Source of the DNA: Acidimicrobiales bacterium
Lineage (GTDB): Bacteria > Actinomycetota > Acidimicrobiia > Acidimicrobiales > Aldehydirespiratoraceae
Reading direction: 5' to 3'
Length of the DNA: 64,000 nucleotides
Assembly: GCA_029263195.1 (NCBI GenBank)
Contig: JAJCXX010000068.1
Location: forward strand, 40,939 to 104,938
This document shows positions 29,449 to 39,156 of the stretch, piece after piece; the first letter of the stretch is position 1, and the number at the start of each line of letters is the position of its first letter. The translations under genes and the position numbers were made by a program. The notes beneath the pieces were generated by a model, which saw only the letters and a program-made list of their open reading frames with translations, was not told where the DNA came from and made no database searches.

Positions 29449-29737
29449 GGTCGGGTCGGGACGGGGCGAACCCGCTCGATAATCACGCAGGTCTCGGTCC
29501 CGACCGTTCGACGGACGTGCCTCCCGCCGCTCATCCGTGCATCGACCGAACGTCTACAACCTTGGCCTTGGGTAGCCGAGGGAACCTTCCCTCGACCGAA
29601 CACCTATTCGAGTGTCGGAGGGGCGTTTGCGACCCTAAACCATCACCCCACGCGCTCCGAATGGATGGATCTCACAGCGGCCTGAGAAGTCCATTTCCCC
29701 TGGTCAAGACACCACGACCGAGTTTCCGGCCCCCACA
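29449..29737 (+). mobile_element. MITE-like derivative (~290 bp) of the IS481-like element; right IR intact, left end degenerate
   Basis: The reverse complement of 29698-29737 reads TGTGGGGGCCGGAAACTCGGTCGTGGTGTCTTGACCAGGG. 29629-29729 is about 70% identical by eye to 41897-41996. The left end near 29475 (CTCGATAATCACGCAGGTCT) resembles CTCGAAATCAGCATGTCT at 40488. Confidence 0.45.
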
Positions 29738-29762
29738 GCCAACACCGCGGCGATCAACATGC

Positions 29763-31562
29763 CTACATCGACTCGACTGAGAAGCCAGCCACGCCTGCCG
29801 CGTTGATGACTAGGTCAGACAGCTTGACCTGTCTCTGCTGGATCTTGTTCCCGAATGCAGTGCCCTGAACGAATCGTGGTGCTGAGATTGCCAACTCCTC
29901 GGATGCTCGCGTAACGCCGACGAACAATTGGCGGATGCCGTCGCCCGGGTTGGTCCGTCCAGTGAATGCCTCTGTGATGGCTCCGACGAGGAAGACAATC
30001 GGCGCTTCCAGCCCTTTCGAGCTGTGGATGGTGTGCACCTCAATGACCGGCACGGCCGCGTCCGGCTCTGCGACTTCCTCGTGTGCCTCATCTTCCTCGT
30101 CGGGGAGAGCGAGAAGTAGGCGTGCGATGTTGATTTCGTAGCCGAGAGTATTGGCGACGTCAACACAGAGTTCGCGAAGCTCAGTCGGAGTCCATCTCGA
30201 GTCAACTGGCGTAGCCGCTTCGATCAAGTCGGCTGATCTAACTACGCGGGCGACAGTTGTGTCGTTGGGGGCTACCGACCGGAGGCGCGCAGCGAAGTCG
30301 ACACCGGCCGCTGCAAGCACTTTCTCCTTCCGTCCATCGGCGAATCCAGGGCACGCCTCGACGAGGCTGCGCCACGCCATCTGATGAGCTATGTCACGAG
30401 TCAGCCGGACGACGGATTCGACAAGAATCTCCTCCACGGCGGGATCAGGAGCGCCGGGGCGGCCGCTGATGAAGGGCACATCGGTCAGCGGCTCCGCGTA
30501 CGTCTTCAGTCCATCGAGGACCGCGTCACGGTTTGTCGCTGCGACAACCATGATCTCGCTTGGGCTACGTCCCCTAGAAAACAACGCAGCAATGCGTCGT
30601 CCGACCCACTCGTGTTCAGCCTTGAGCGACTTTGCGGACACGATGGTCACTATTCCTGGCGGACGGTCATCATCCCACGGATGAAGCTCTGGACGGCCGA
30701 GCCCGGGAATCGCTGGAAGTGCTGACGCGATGGCGTTGGCTAACGTGCACATCGCGGCAGGCAAACGGCGCGACCGGAAGAGAGAGTCGATGTCGTCGAT
30801 ATCGTAGGCGGCTGCAAACCGGTGCAAGGCGAGTGGGTCGGCTGCGCGGAATCCGTAGATCGACTGCCGGTCATCGCCGCAGGCGTTGATCCGGGTGCCG
30901 TGGGTTTCCGCCAGCATCTGAAGAAGCCGCAGCTCGCCTGCAGTCAGGTCTTGGTACTCGTCAACCAACATCACTGCCGGAGCGTCGTTCAGCTGTTCGC
31001 CAATCGCGATGAGCTGCGAAAGGTCGTAGACCAACTCATCGAACAAGGCGTAGCCGAAGATTTGCCGGTGTCCGTGGAGAACCTGCAGCAGCCGTTGCTC
31101 CTTCGAAGACAGGTCAGGTGGCTCCGCCTGGTTGCGAGAGAAGTTCTCGCCCATCCGGCGCAGAAAATCGCGCACCTCCTTCAGTGTGCACGTCTCTTCG
31201 GGAAAGGCGGTCCCGTATCCCAGCTTCAGGTCATCCGGAATGATCCGACGCTGTTCCCAGGGCGAAGCCACGTTCTTCCCCCAGGCGTCTCCTAGTCGGT
31301 TGAGATGCTTCAGGGAAAACGAGTGGAAGGTTGAGGCCTCGCCGTGAGCGATGCGTTCCCGGAGACTTGCTGCCATCGCGTTGGTGAGCGTTACCAGTGC
31401 GATACTCGCGGGATCGACACCGTGTTCGACTAGGTATTCGCTCCGTCGCTCCAGTACCCAGGTCTTCCCGGTTCCCGGCCCAGCAGCGAGAAGAGCGTGC
31501 TCGTCTGGGCCACGCCGGATGAAATTGTCTTGTTCGGGCAGCGGGCTGATCTCGTCGGTCAT
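29763..31562 (-). CDS. UvrD/Rep-like superfamily 1 helicase
   Basis: Walker A GPGTGKTW, motif II DEYQDL, motif III GDDRQSIYGFR, C-terminal motifs TIHSSKGLE and VGVTRA. Confidence 0.85.
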   Translation of the reverse strand: MTDEISPLPEQDNFIRRGPDEHALLAAGPGTGKTWVLERRSEYLVEHGVDPASIALVTLTNAMAASLRERIAHGEASTFHSFSLKHLNRLGDAWGKNVASPWEQRRIIPDDLKLGYGTAFPEETCTLKEVRDFLRRMGENFSRNQAEPPDLSSKEQRLLQVLHGHRQIFGYALFDELVYDLSQLIAIGEQLNDAPAVMLVDEYQDLTAGELRLLQMLAETHGTRINACGDDRQSIYGFRAADPLALHRFAAAYDIDDIDSLFRSRRLPAAMCTLANAIASALPAIPGLGRPELHPWDDDRPPGIVTIVSAKSLKAEHEWVGRRIAALFSRGRSPSEIMVVAATNRDAVLDGLKTYAEPLTDVPFISGRPGAPDPAVEEILVESVVRLTRDIAHQMAWRSLVEACPGFADGRKEKVLAAAGVDFAARLRSVAPNDTTVARVVRSADLIEAATPVDSRWTPTELRELCVDVANTLGYEINIARLLLALPDEEDEAHEEVAEPDAAVPVIEVHTIHSSKGLEAPIVFLVGAITEAFTGRTNPGDGIRQLFVGVTRASEELAISAPRFVQGTAFGNKIQQRQVKLSDLVINAAGVAGFSVESM

Positions 31563-31898
31563 TATGTGGCCATTCTCGCATCAACTGGCATCAGCCCGGA
31601 GAGGAAGCGCGATGGGTCGGTAGTCTTCACAGCGACAAGCTCAAGGTTTGGTGGCTGTTCCCGTTGTCAGAGGCGGCCCGCGGCGGCGTTCCTTCCCTTG
31701 GCCGAGCGCTGGAGCTGAGGCGTTCCATTGTCCGGAGTGCATGGTCGAGCTCGCCTGGGAGCGGCGGTTCCATACCCAGTGGCGCAGTCAGCGTTGTGCG
31801 GGTGACGACGAGGCGACTGCCGAGCTGAGTGGTTGCGAGTTCGCCTTGGCGCCGATTGAGCTTGACCCGGCTAACGTTTCGGGCTCGGGAGGCGGGAT

Positions 31899-34800
31899 GT
31901 GACAGAGAAGCTGGCATACGAGAAGTTCGAAGACCGGGTGGCTGCCGCCTATCGGCGGATGGGGTACCGGGTGACCCAAGATGAGCTTGTCTCGGGCAAC
32001 CAGATTGACGTCGTGGCGCGGCGCTCCGATCGTGAGTTGGCGACAACCGTGATCGTCGAAGCCAAGTCTCATGAGAGTGCTCGGTCCAAGACGGGGAAGG
32101 GACAGGTGCTCGACTTTCTGAAGGTCGCAGAGGCCCTGCTTCGAAGTGGTGCCTGCAGTCACGCATCGATGGTCACCAACACCGGGTACACGCGGCTCTG
32201 CAAGCAAGTCGTAGAACACGACGCCCGAATCAACCTCCTCTCGATTGATCAGATAGAGGCGCAAGAGCAGGCAAACACCTCCTACCTCGCCCGTCAGCTG
32301 TCCAACTACCGAACGAGTCAGATAGCGAATGTCTTCGTCGACCTCGAGGTTTCTCCTGAGGCTGACTACCCGGCATCTGTAGGGGCGCCTGGTCTTGTAT
32401 CAGACTTGATGACAGCGGCCATCAGAGCTGGGCGTTCACCAATAGTCATCACTGCCGACTTCGGCGGAGGTAAGTCGACAATTGTCGACCACCTCTTCTT
32501 TGAGACCCTGTCAACGTACCTGGACAATGAGTCCGGCTACTTGCCGCTCAGATTTCCCCTCAAGGATTTACCGAAGTTCCAGAGCCTTGGTGCGTTTGTG
32601 AGCGACAGCGCCAAGAATGAGTTGGGTATCCCATTTGACCTCGGTGACGTCCTCGAACTCGCGAAGGCTGGCGACTTGGCAGTGTTTCTCGACGGATTCG
32701 ACGAGATCTCGTCGACCGCAACAGCCAAGGAGCGCGGCCAATTCCTACTTCGGTTGGCGCCGCTGCTGTACACCGACAGCCCTACCTTCTTGACGACTCG
32801 GCCCTCCTATTTCGAGAGCGGGAGGGAAATGGAACGCCTGCTCCGGCGAGTTCGACAGGGACGAAGCTCGCGGACCAAGACGGCATTGAAGGACTCCGAT
32901 CGTGTTCTTGGAGACGACGGCTCGCTGATCGTCGCTCAGCTCCGTTCGAGTCGATCACATGAGGTAGATGCCGCGTTTGCTGAGGCCCCGCTCGCCCGGG
33001 TCCGGATAGAGCCGATGCGGCCTTCTGACATTACGCGGTACGTGGAAAAGTTCGAAAGTACCTGGTCAAGCCTTGGGTTCTCGTCCGAGGACGTAGATAG
33101 GTTCCTGGACGAGACCTACGACTTGTCCGACCTGACGACACGGCCGCTGCTCCTCTCGATGATTGTGGAGATCCTCCGAGACGGTTGGGTGAACCCGACG
33201 AACGCAGACGCAACTCTTGGTCCCGCAAAGCTGTATGCGATCTATGTTCGAGCCCGCCTCGGTATCGAGGATGACAAGCGGGGAGATCCGGATTCTCTGG
33301 ACGAGGCCGCCCGCCACAAGTTCGCCGAGTTGAGCGCGATGAGAATGCTCCACGACAACCGTCTGTCGATCGCGCCCAAGCTCGCTCGGGAGTTTGCGTT
33401 GGCGGTCGCGGCGCCGCGAACCGATCTGTCTCCGGATCAGCGGAAGCTCCGGCTCGAAGGCCACCTCACCGACCTGCGCACCTGTTCCTTCCTGACGACC
33501 GGGCCCGACGGCGACCTCCTGTTCGTCCATCGATCCTTTCAGGAGTACTTTGCCGCGAGACACCTTGCGGGGTGTCTACTGGAGGACGATCTGTCGGAGT
33601 TTGGTGCTCTACTCCCAGAGCAGGTTGCCTACTTCCTCGGCGCCATCGCGTTTGAGGATTTGGAGTGTCGTACCGCCATCGAGCGGGCCCTCCGTCGCCA
33701 GGGCGGCCGGGGTGCCTCGAGGGCCGCGGAACGGTCGTCTCAGAACGGAAACTTGCTCGCCGCTATGGCATATGCCGGCCTCGTTGCCGAGAAACTCGAA
33801 ATCGTCGATTCGCTGCTACCGCCGATCCGGAAACGGGATGTCAGGTTTCTTAGCTGCCAGATCGGGACTATTGAGCTCACGTCCGTGACCGACGCTGCTA
33901 TGGAGCTCCACGACTCTCGTCTCGAAGGCGTGATCCGCGTGATCGGTGGCACACTCCGCAGTATCGACGCCGACAGCCTGGTCGGCGGCGGGATCGTAGA
34001 CTTGGGCTGTGAACTCGAAGAGGTTCTCAGATCGACTAACTCTGATTTCAACCTTCAGCTTCGAGTTGGCGGCAAAGGCGAGCCAATCGAACTCCTGCAC
34101 GCCCGATCGTCGGGCCTCACGGTGTCATCGCCAGGTGGCCGAGGCATCGTCGCCATTGTGGCTGAGGATGAGAGCTGCTGCTCGCTAGCCGACCTCAGGG
34201 TCGAGAGGGTTGAGGTCTGCGACTCGTACGTGGCTGTCGATCGAACCGTCGAGGTCACGGAGGTTTCGGCCAAGCGCTCGACCATCGATCTGGCCAGCTC
34301 CTCAGCCAAAGGCCGCACTGTCGTTGATATTGAGAACTCATTGGTCCTCCTGGGCTGGGGCTGGCTCTCTCCTGACGAGATGCGACTCCGAGGCGTGGAT
34401 CGGTCGCTGTCGGAGCCGAGTCGCCTCGCTCTGTCGGGGGACATCCGGAACTGTGTTGTTCTGGTTAACCCCCTCGCGAACCTCAAGGACCTGGCGGGGC
34501 TGGAGCTCACGGAGAGTCAAGTCTTCTGGGGCTCGCTGAGCGCGCCCCAGCCGAAATCTCGAGCGGAGGCCCGCAAGCGGTTCGCCTCGCAGTTGGAACG
34601 TTGGGGCTCAACCACTAGTGGCATCTTCGTGAAGGTTGAGTCGGCCGTTCACCCAGCCGTCAAAGAAGCGCTCGAATTGGCGGAGCCAGGGACGCTAATG
34701 GAGGTGTATGACGGGACTGCACTTGCGGACGGGCGGCTCGCCAGTGACTGGCAGGCGCTCACCGCAACCCACGGGATTGATCAACTCCTTAAGTTCGCCG

Positions 34801-34925
34801 CAGAGGATCTCCACTCGCGGGGTGAACCTACAACGGCGATGCTTGTTGAGGCAGCCAGGAGCCGTCGAGGGCTAGCGCGGCGACTGAGAACTGCGACCGC
34901 GGGTCGGCGGGGCCGCGAACGGTAG
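31899..34925 (+). CDS. STAND NTPase: N-terminal Mrr-like PD-(D/E)xK nuclease domain + NACHT-like P-loop + C-terminal repeat/sensor region
   Basis: Nuclease motif IDVVARR...VIVEAKSHE. Walker A ITADFGGGKST, Walker B LAVFLDGFDE. About 500 aa of C-terminal beta-strand-rich repeats. 1008 aa in total. Confidence 0.75.
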   Translation: MTEKLAYEKFEDRVAAAYRRMGYRVTQDELVSGNQIDVVARRSDRELATTVIVEAKSHESARSKTGKGQVLDFLKVAEALLRSGACSHASMVTNTGYTRLCKQVVEHDARINLLSIDQIEAQEQANTSYLARQLSNYRTSQIANVFVDLEVSPEADYPASVGAPGLVSDLMTAAIRAGRSPIVITADFGGGKSTIVDHLFFETLSTYLDNESGYLPLRFPLKDLPKFQSLGAFVSDSAKNELGIPFDLGDVLELAKAGDLAVFLDGFDEISSTATAKERGQFLLRLAPLLYTDSPTFLTTRPSYFESGREMERLLRRVRQGRSSRTKTALKDSDRVLGDDGSLIVAQLRSSRSHEVDAAFAEAPLARVRIEPMRPSDITRYVEKFESTWSSLGFSSEDVDRFLDETYDLSDLTTRPLLLSMIVEILRDGWVNPTNADATLGPAKLYAIYVRARLGIEDDKRGDPDSLDEAARHKFAELSAMRMLHDNRLSIAPKLAREFALAVAAPRTDLSPDQRKLRLEGHLTDLRTCSFLTTGPDGDLLFVHRSFQEYFAARHLAGCLLEDDLSEFGALLPEQVAYFLGAIAFEDLECRTAIERALRRQGGRGASRAAERSSQNGNLLAAMAYAGLVAEKLEIVDSLLPPIRKRDVRFLSCQIGTIELTSVTDAAMELHDSRLEGVIRVIGGTLRSIDADSLVGGGIVDLGCELEEVLRSTNSDFNLQLRVGGKGEPIELLHARSSGLTVSSPGGRGIVAIVAEDESCCSLADLRVERVEVCDSYVAVDRTVEVTEVSAKRSTIDLASSSAKGRTVVDIENSLVLLGWGWLSPDEMRLRGVDRSLSEPSRLALSGDIRNCVVLVNPLANLKDLAGLELTESQVFWGSLSAPQPKSRAEARKRFASQLERWGSTTSGIFVKVESAVHPAVKEALELAEPGTLMEVYDGTALADGRLASDWQALTATHGIDQLLKFAAEDLHSRGEPTTAMLVEAARSRRGLARRLRTATAGRRGRER

Positions 34926-34944
34926 AAAATATGAGCGGCCGGCA

Positions 34945-35114
34945 GTGGAGGTGGTGGAACCCCTCGCGTCGCACGGCAGCCGCGAGTGCGTTAGCGGTAC
35001 TTCCCGGACTTTCGCTCCCCATAGATAGAGAGGCGAACTGAGCATGGTGAACACCCTTCAGCAGCACCTCTCGGAACCACACATCAGGGTGTCAACCAAA
35101 CCGGGTCAGCTTCA
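34945..35114 (+). mobile_element. IS3-family right-end scar
   Basis: 35089-35114 GTGTCAACCAAACCGGGTCAGCTTCA matches 22 of 26 bp of the right IR of the intact IS3 copy (41741-41766). It is preceded by a WWNPSRR...LSLPIDRE stretch resembling the YNxxR...SP tail of OrfB. Confidence 0.55.
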
Positions 35115-35699
35115 CTAGGCCGCTGGCTCTTGACGTAGTCGCCGCCTAGTTTCGACCCAATCCGAGCCCTAGCCGTGTCGAAACGGGGACACGCTCATGC
35201 GCCGCAAACCGAGGTCGGCGAGGGTGAACCCTCCGTGTGCCTCTCCGCGCCAGATGGAAACCAACCTGTAGGGCAGGTCAACCTGTCACCTAATCGTGCA
35301 GCAGACCCCATTCAAGATGACAGGTGAACAGCATCGTGAAAGACTTCGTTCGTGAATTCTTATGCGGCGGTGGACTGGTCGGACTCCTTGCTGGCACTTT
35401 TGGTTCGGCAGTCAGATCCGCTACTGGGCGCGGTGCAGAGTCGGGGAGGGGTCTTGGAGAGGGAGCGTTCTTCCTCACTGCCCCGACGAGCTTCGCCTCA
35501 CGCCCTCCAGCAGATGATCCACCTCTCCGTTCCAGTCGAACGGCTGTTGTCTCACTCGCCGACTCCATATGCCCCCCCGCTCGGGGTCGACTCAAGGTGA
35601 GCAAGAATATGGGGACTCTGACTAGAGTCCAGCACCCCCCCATATATGGTCGGCGACACTACTCTCCTGGCACTAAGCATCAGCCCAACAAGGTCAAAG

Positions 35700-36265
35700 C
35701 ACTGAGCGGAATGCGGTCTGGATGTCTCGCGTGCACGGTCATCGGAGCGGCGGCGTTGATTCTCGAACGCTTCGCCGATGATGCTGCTGTTCGCGGAACG
35801 ATCCTCGGAACCGGAGCAGCATGGGATGCGGTGCGTATCGCGGCGCCCGATGACACTGGCCGCGGAATGGCAACAGCCATGCGAGTAGCGCTCGCGTCGG
35901 CGGGGGTTGATGCGATCGGTAGCGTGAACTGTCATGGGACGTCCACACCGTTGAATGACAAGATCGAAGCCCAGATCGTTGCCTCTGTGATCGGGCCAAC
36001 CACCGTGATGACGTCCAACAAGGGAACGACTGGTCACATGGTTGGTGCTTCTGGTGTCGCTGAAGTGATCGTGGCGGCGCATACGGCCCGAACCGGTCTC
36101 GTGCCACCCACCGCGTCAACGACCGCTGCGATCTCAGGCGCAGTGGTTATCGGCACCCCGGCCCAATCCGAGCCTGGGGCTGTGATCAGCAATTCGTTCG
36201 GGTTCGGTGGACAGAACGCGTGCATCGTGGTCGGCTCCGACTCGACACAGGGCAACGCCAAGTGA
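35700..36265 (+). pseudogene. Beta-ketoacyl synthase, C-terminal domain only (5'-truncated)
   Basis: AAALILE..., NCHGTSTPLNDKIE, KGTTGHMVGASG, SNSFGFGGQNACIVV. The N-terminal Cys-bearing domain is absent, and the upstream part of the ORF has no KS similarity. Confidence 0.7.
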
Positions 36266-36990
36266 CTGACGCCGACCGGTTCCAAGAGATCCGCGCCACG
36301 GTCGCTGGTGCTAGATCATCGGGTCCAGATCTCGTTGTCGAACTCAGATGTGACGCCCTCGACCCGCCGGTCACCTGGCAGGTCTACCGCAGCGACACAA
36401 TTGTTGGCTGGGTCACAGAGTCACCGGGTGAGGTCGATCTGTTGGTCGAACACGACAATCCTCGCAGTCTGTTTGGTTTCCCCCGTGCTCACGACGGCAC
36501 CGACGAACATCACCCAGTTCGGCTTGGGGTCAACGCCGAAACGCTCGGGCCGATCCCGCCGTTTGACACACCGACCAGAGGCGAACCCATCGCTCACGCG
36601 ACAATCACGATCGACTTGCAGATGAGGTTCAGCCCGGCAGGACACGTGGTCGCTCGACACCGATTCCGTGACGGCGAACCATACGGCCGACTCGACGAAA
36701 TCGACGACGCACCAGCCGACCTGACCATCCGCGGCAGCTACCATCACCTGATCGGCTACAGCGGCGGTCGGTGCGATCTCTATGACGTGATCGAAGCCGT
36801 TGATATCGACGGAACTCTGGCTCACACAGCGCTGAGTGCCGGGCTCCTCTCAACCCATGTGAACGCGATGACCGCTGAAGAGACCTTCCGTGCCGGTCGA
36901 GCCGCCGACCTGGCCGCGCATCTTCGAAGCACCGACCATCAACTCGACGTCGTACGCCGCACACTCACCATGATCAGCGCTGATCGATGA
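36262..36990 (+). CDS. Hypothetical protein (243 aa)
   Basis: GTG at 36262 overlaps the stop of the KS fragment (GTGA), and its own stop overlaps the next gene's start. No motif I can name. Confidence 0.5.
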   Translation: MTDADRFQEIRATVAGARSSGPDLVVELRCDALDPPVTWQVYRSDTIVGWVTESPGEVDLLVEHDNPRSLFGFPRAHDGTDEHHPVRLGVNAETLGPIPPFDTPTRGEPIAHATITIDLQMRFSPAGHVVARHRFRDGEPYGRLDEIDDAPADLTIRGSYHHLIGYSGGRCDLYDVIEAVDIDGTLAHTALSAGLLSTHVNAMTAEETFRAGRAADLAAHLRSTDHQLDVVRRTLTMISADR

Positions 36991-38069
36991 GTACTCTTGC
37001 AGACTTCGAGGAGCTGCTCCGCCAGGACGCCGACGAAGGCTTCTTCGCTACCGGTATACAGATCTTCGCCGCCGTGAACGGAACGCCGTTGATCAGCGCC
37101 GCGTTCGGCGTTGACGGTCTGGGCCGCGAGATTACAACGGACAGGGTTCACCGGATCCACTGCGCCGGCAAACCACTCACTGCTCTCGCGATCGGCGCGC
37201 TCGTCGACGACGGCGAGCTGTCCTTTCACGATCAGATCGGCAACGTCCTCGAAATCGGTCTCAGCGTCGAATTATTTGACATTACGATCGATGAGCTGCT
37301 CTGCCATCGGGCCGGGCTATCTCACCTCTCAGCACGCGACACCGACATGATGCGGCCACACCGCCGTCGGCAGCTGCTTCTCGACCTCACGCCGCTGAAG
37401 CGCGGAAAACCGGTCTACTCCAACTTTTCAGGCTGGCATCTGTTGGGCATGGCAATCGAAACGCTGACCGGCATGACAGCCCGCGACTACATCCACCAAC
37501 GCGTTCTCGACCCGATCGGCGTGTCGAAGGAGATCTATATCGGGCTCACACAAGCGGACCGCGCCGAACTCGGATACGAACCCGCACCTTCGGTGAGTCT
37601 GGAGGGACAGTCACCAGTCCCGATACTGATCGAAGTCCTCGACGAAATCGTTGCTACTTGCGAGGTCGCCAACATGACATTCGCGACCATGCGCGGCTGC
37701 GCCGCCGTTTACACCCATCTCCTCGGAATCGTTGACGGCGAGACGACCGGCGTGATCTCGAACGACTCACTCACCCACCTGATCACGCCAACCGGACCCG
37801 CGGCGTATGACCCGAAGATGGGCAGGACATGCAGGTACGGCCACGGCTTCATGGTCGACCTCGCAGGCCATGATTTCGGCCAACTCTGCTCCCCAGCATC
37901 GTTTGGCCACTCCGGCTACCGCGGCACCACAGCGGCATTCGCCGACCCGGCTTCCGGGTTGGTCGTCGCGATGTACTACAACGGCGCGACCGACGCCGAG
38001 AGCACTATCGGATACCTGCGAAACGCCAGATTCGATCAACTCCAACGAATCGTAGGGGAAATCGCGTGA
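36987..38069 (+). CDS. Beta-lactamase-fold (class C/esterase-like) hydrolase with CxxK in place of SxxK
   Basis: Motifs HCAGKPLTA (expected SxxK position), YSN and HSG. 360 aa. Confidence 0.7.
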   Translation: MSTLADFEELLRQDADEGFFATGIQIFAAVNGTPLISAAFGVDGLGREITTDRVHRIHCAGKPLTALAIGALVDDGELSFHDQIGNVLEIGLSVELFDITIDELLCHRAGLSHLSARDTDMMRPHRRRQLLLDLTPLKRGKPVYSNFSGWHLLGMAIETLTGMTARDYIHQRVLDPIGVSKEIYIGLTQADRAELGYEPAPSVSLEGQSPVPILIEVLDEIVATCEVANMTFATMRGCAAVYTHLLGIVDGETTGVISNDSLTHLITPTGPAAYDPKMGRTCRYGHGFMVDLAGHDFGQLCSPASFGHSGYRGTTAAFADPASGLVVAMYYNGATDAESTIGYLRNARFDQLQRIVGEIA

Positions 38070-38821
38070 CCTCGCACGACGTGTGCCGCCGGGTGCTGGT
38101 CACCGGTGTTTCTGGTGGCATCGGCCGCGCTGTCGCACTTGACCACGCCGCACGAGGCCACCAAGTTGTCGGCACGTTCCTGTCCCACGAATCGGCCGCA
38201 CAAGCCGTCCAGGCAGATGCTGAGTCACTAGATGGGGCGATCGACGTAACCCGCCTCGACATCACCGACGCCGACGACGTAGCGGCGTTCTTCTCCCGTC
38301 GCAAAGAGGCCAACACGCTGCCTGAGATCGTTGTGTGCAACGCAGGTACGGCAAGAGATGGACTCTCGATTCTGTTGAGCGATGATTCCTTCAACGACGC
38401 ACTCGCGCTCAATCTCGTCGGAGCGTTCCGTGTTGTGCGCCATGCCATGCGGCCGATGATACGGGCCCGCTGGGGCCGAATAGTCTTTGTCTCCAGCGTC
38501 GCGGCCCACGCCGGATCGGCAGGCCAAGCGGCCTACGCCGCGAGCAAGGCCGGACTCGTTGGACTGGCACGATCGATCGCCCGAGAGGTCGGCCAACGCG
38601 GCATCACCGTCAACATTGTTGCCCCTGGCCCAATAGACACCGACCTACTGCGCCAGCAACCCGATTCACGAATCGAATTCCTTGCACAAGCAACGCCAGT
38701 GGGCCGTATCGGCACACCCGAGGAAGTTGCCGCCGCAGTCTGTGCGCTAACCAACGAACAAGCGAGCTACATCACTGGAGTCGTGCTCCCTGTTGACGGC
38801 GGCCTCGGAATGGGTCACTAA
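38066..38821 (+). CDS. Short-chain dehydrogenase/reductase, 3-oxoacyl-ACP reductase (FabG)-like
   Basis: TGVSGGIGRAVA, NAG, and the SSVAAHAGSAGQAAYAASKAG catalytic S...YxxxK. Confidence 0.85.
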   Translation: MTSHDVCRRVLVTGVSGGIGRAVALDHAARGHQVVGTFLSHESAAQAVQADAESLDGAIDVTRLDITDADDVAAFFSRRKEANTLPEIVVCNAGTARDGLSILLSDDSFNDALALNLVGAFRVVRHAMRPMIRARWGRIVFVSSVAAHAGSAGQAAYAASKAGLVGLARSIAREVGQRGITVNIVAPGPIDTDLLRQQPDSRIEFLAQATPVGRIGTPEEVAAAVCALTNEQASYITGVVLPVDGGLGMGH

Positions 38822-38889
38822 CCCAATCCGGAACGCTTCGCGCCGCAGGCGAAACCAGATCAAACCAGATCGGCGGCTATGGTCTAGCA

Positions 38890-39156
38890 ATGAACACGCA
38901 ACCGGACCGAACGGCAAGAATCATGGCGACATTCCGTGTTGCGGTCGAGGAGATCCTTGGCGAAGCACCCGAATTCGACGAGTCCACCGTGATTGAAATG
39001 GTCGGTATCGACAGCCTCGACCTCATCGAAGTCGGCATGATCATGGAAGACGAATACGGCGTCGAAATGACCGAGTCAGACTTTGAAGGTGTCGCCGTGG
39101 TCGGCGACGTCCTCGCCGTCTTCGCCACACTCGTGGACAAGCTTGCAAACAAATGA
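38890..39156 (+). CDS. Acyl carrier protein
   Basis: 88 aa, acidic, with the phosphopantetheine-attachment motif GIDSLDLIE. Confidence 0.85.
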   Translation: MNTQPDRTARIMATFRVAVEEILGEAPEFDESTVIEMVGIDSLDLIEVGMIMEDEYGVEMTESDFEGVAVVGDVLAVFATLVDKLANK

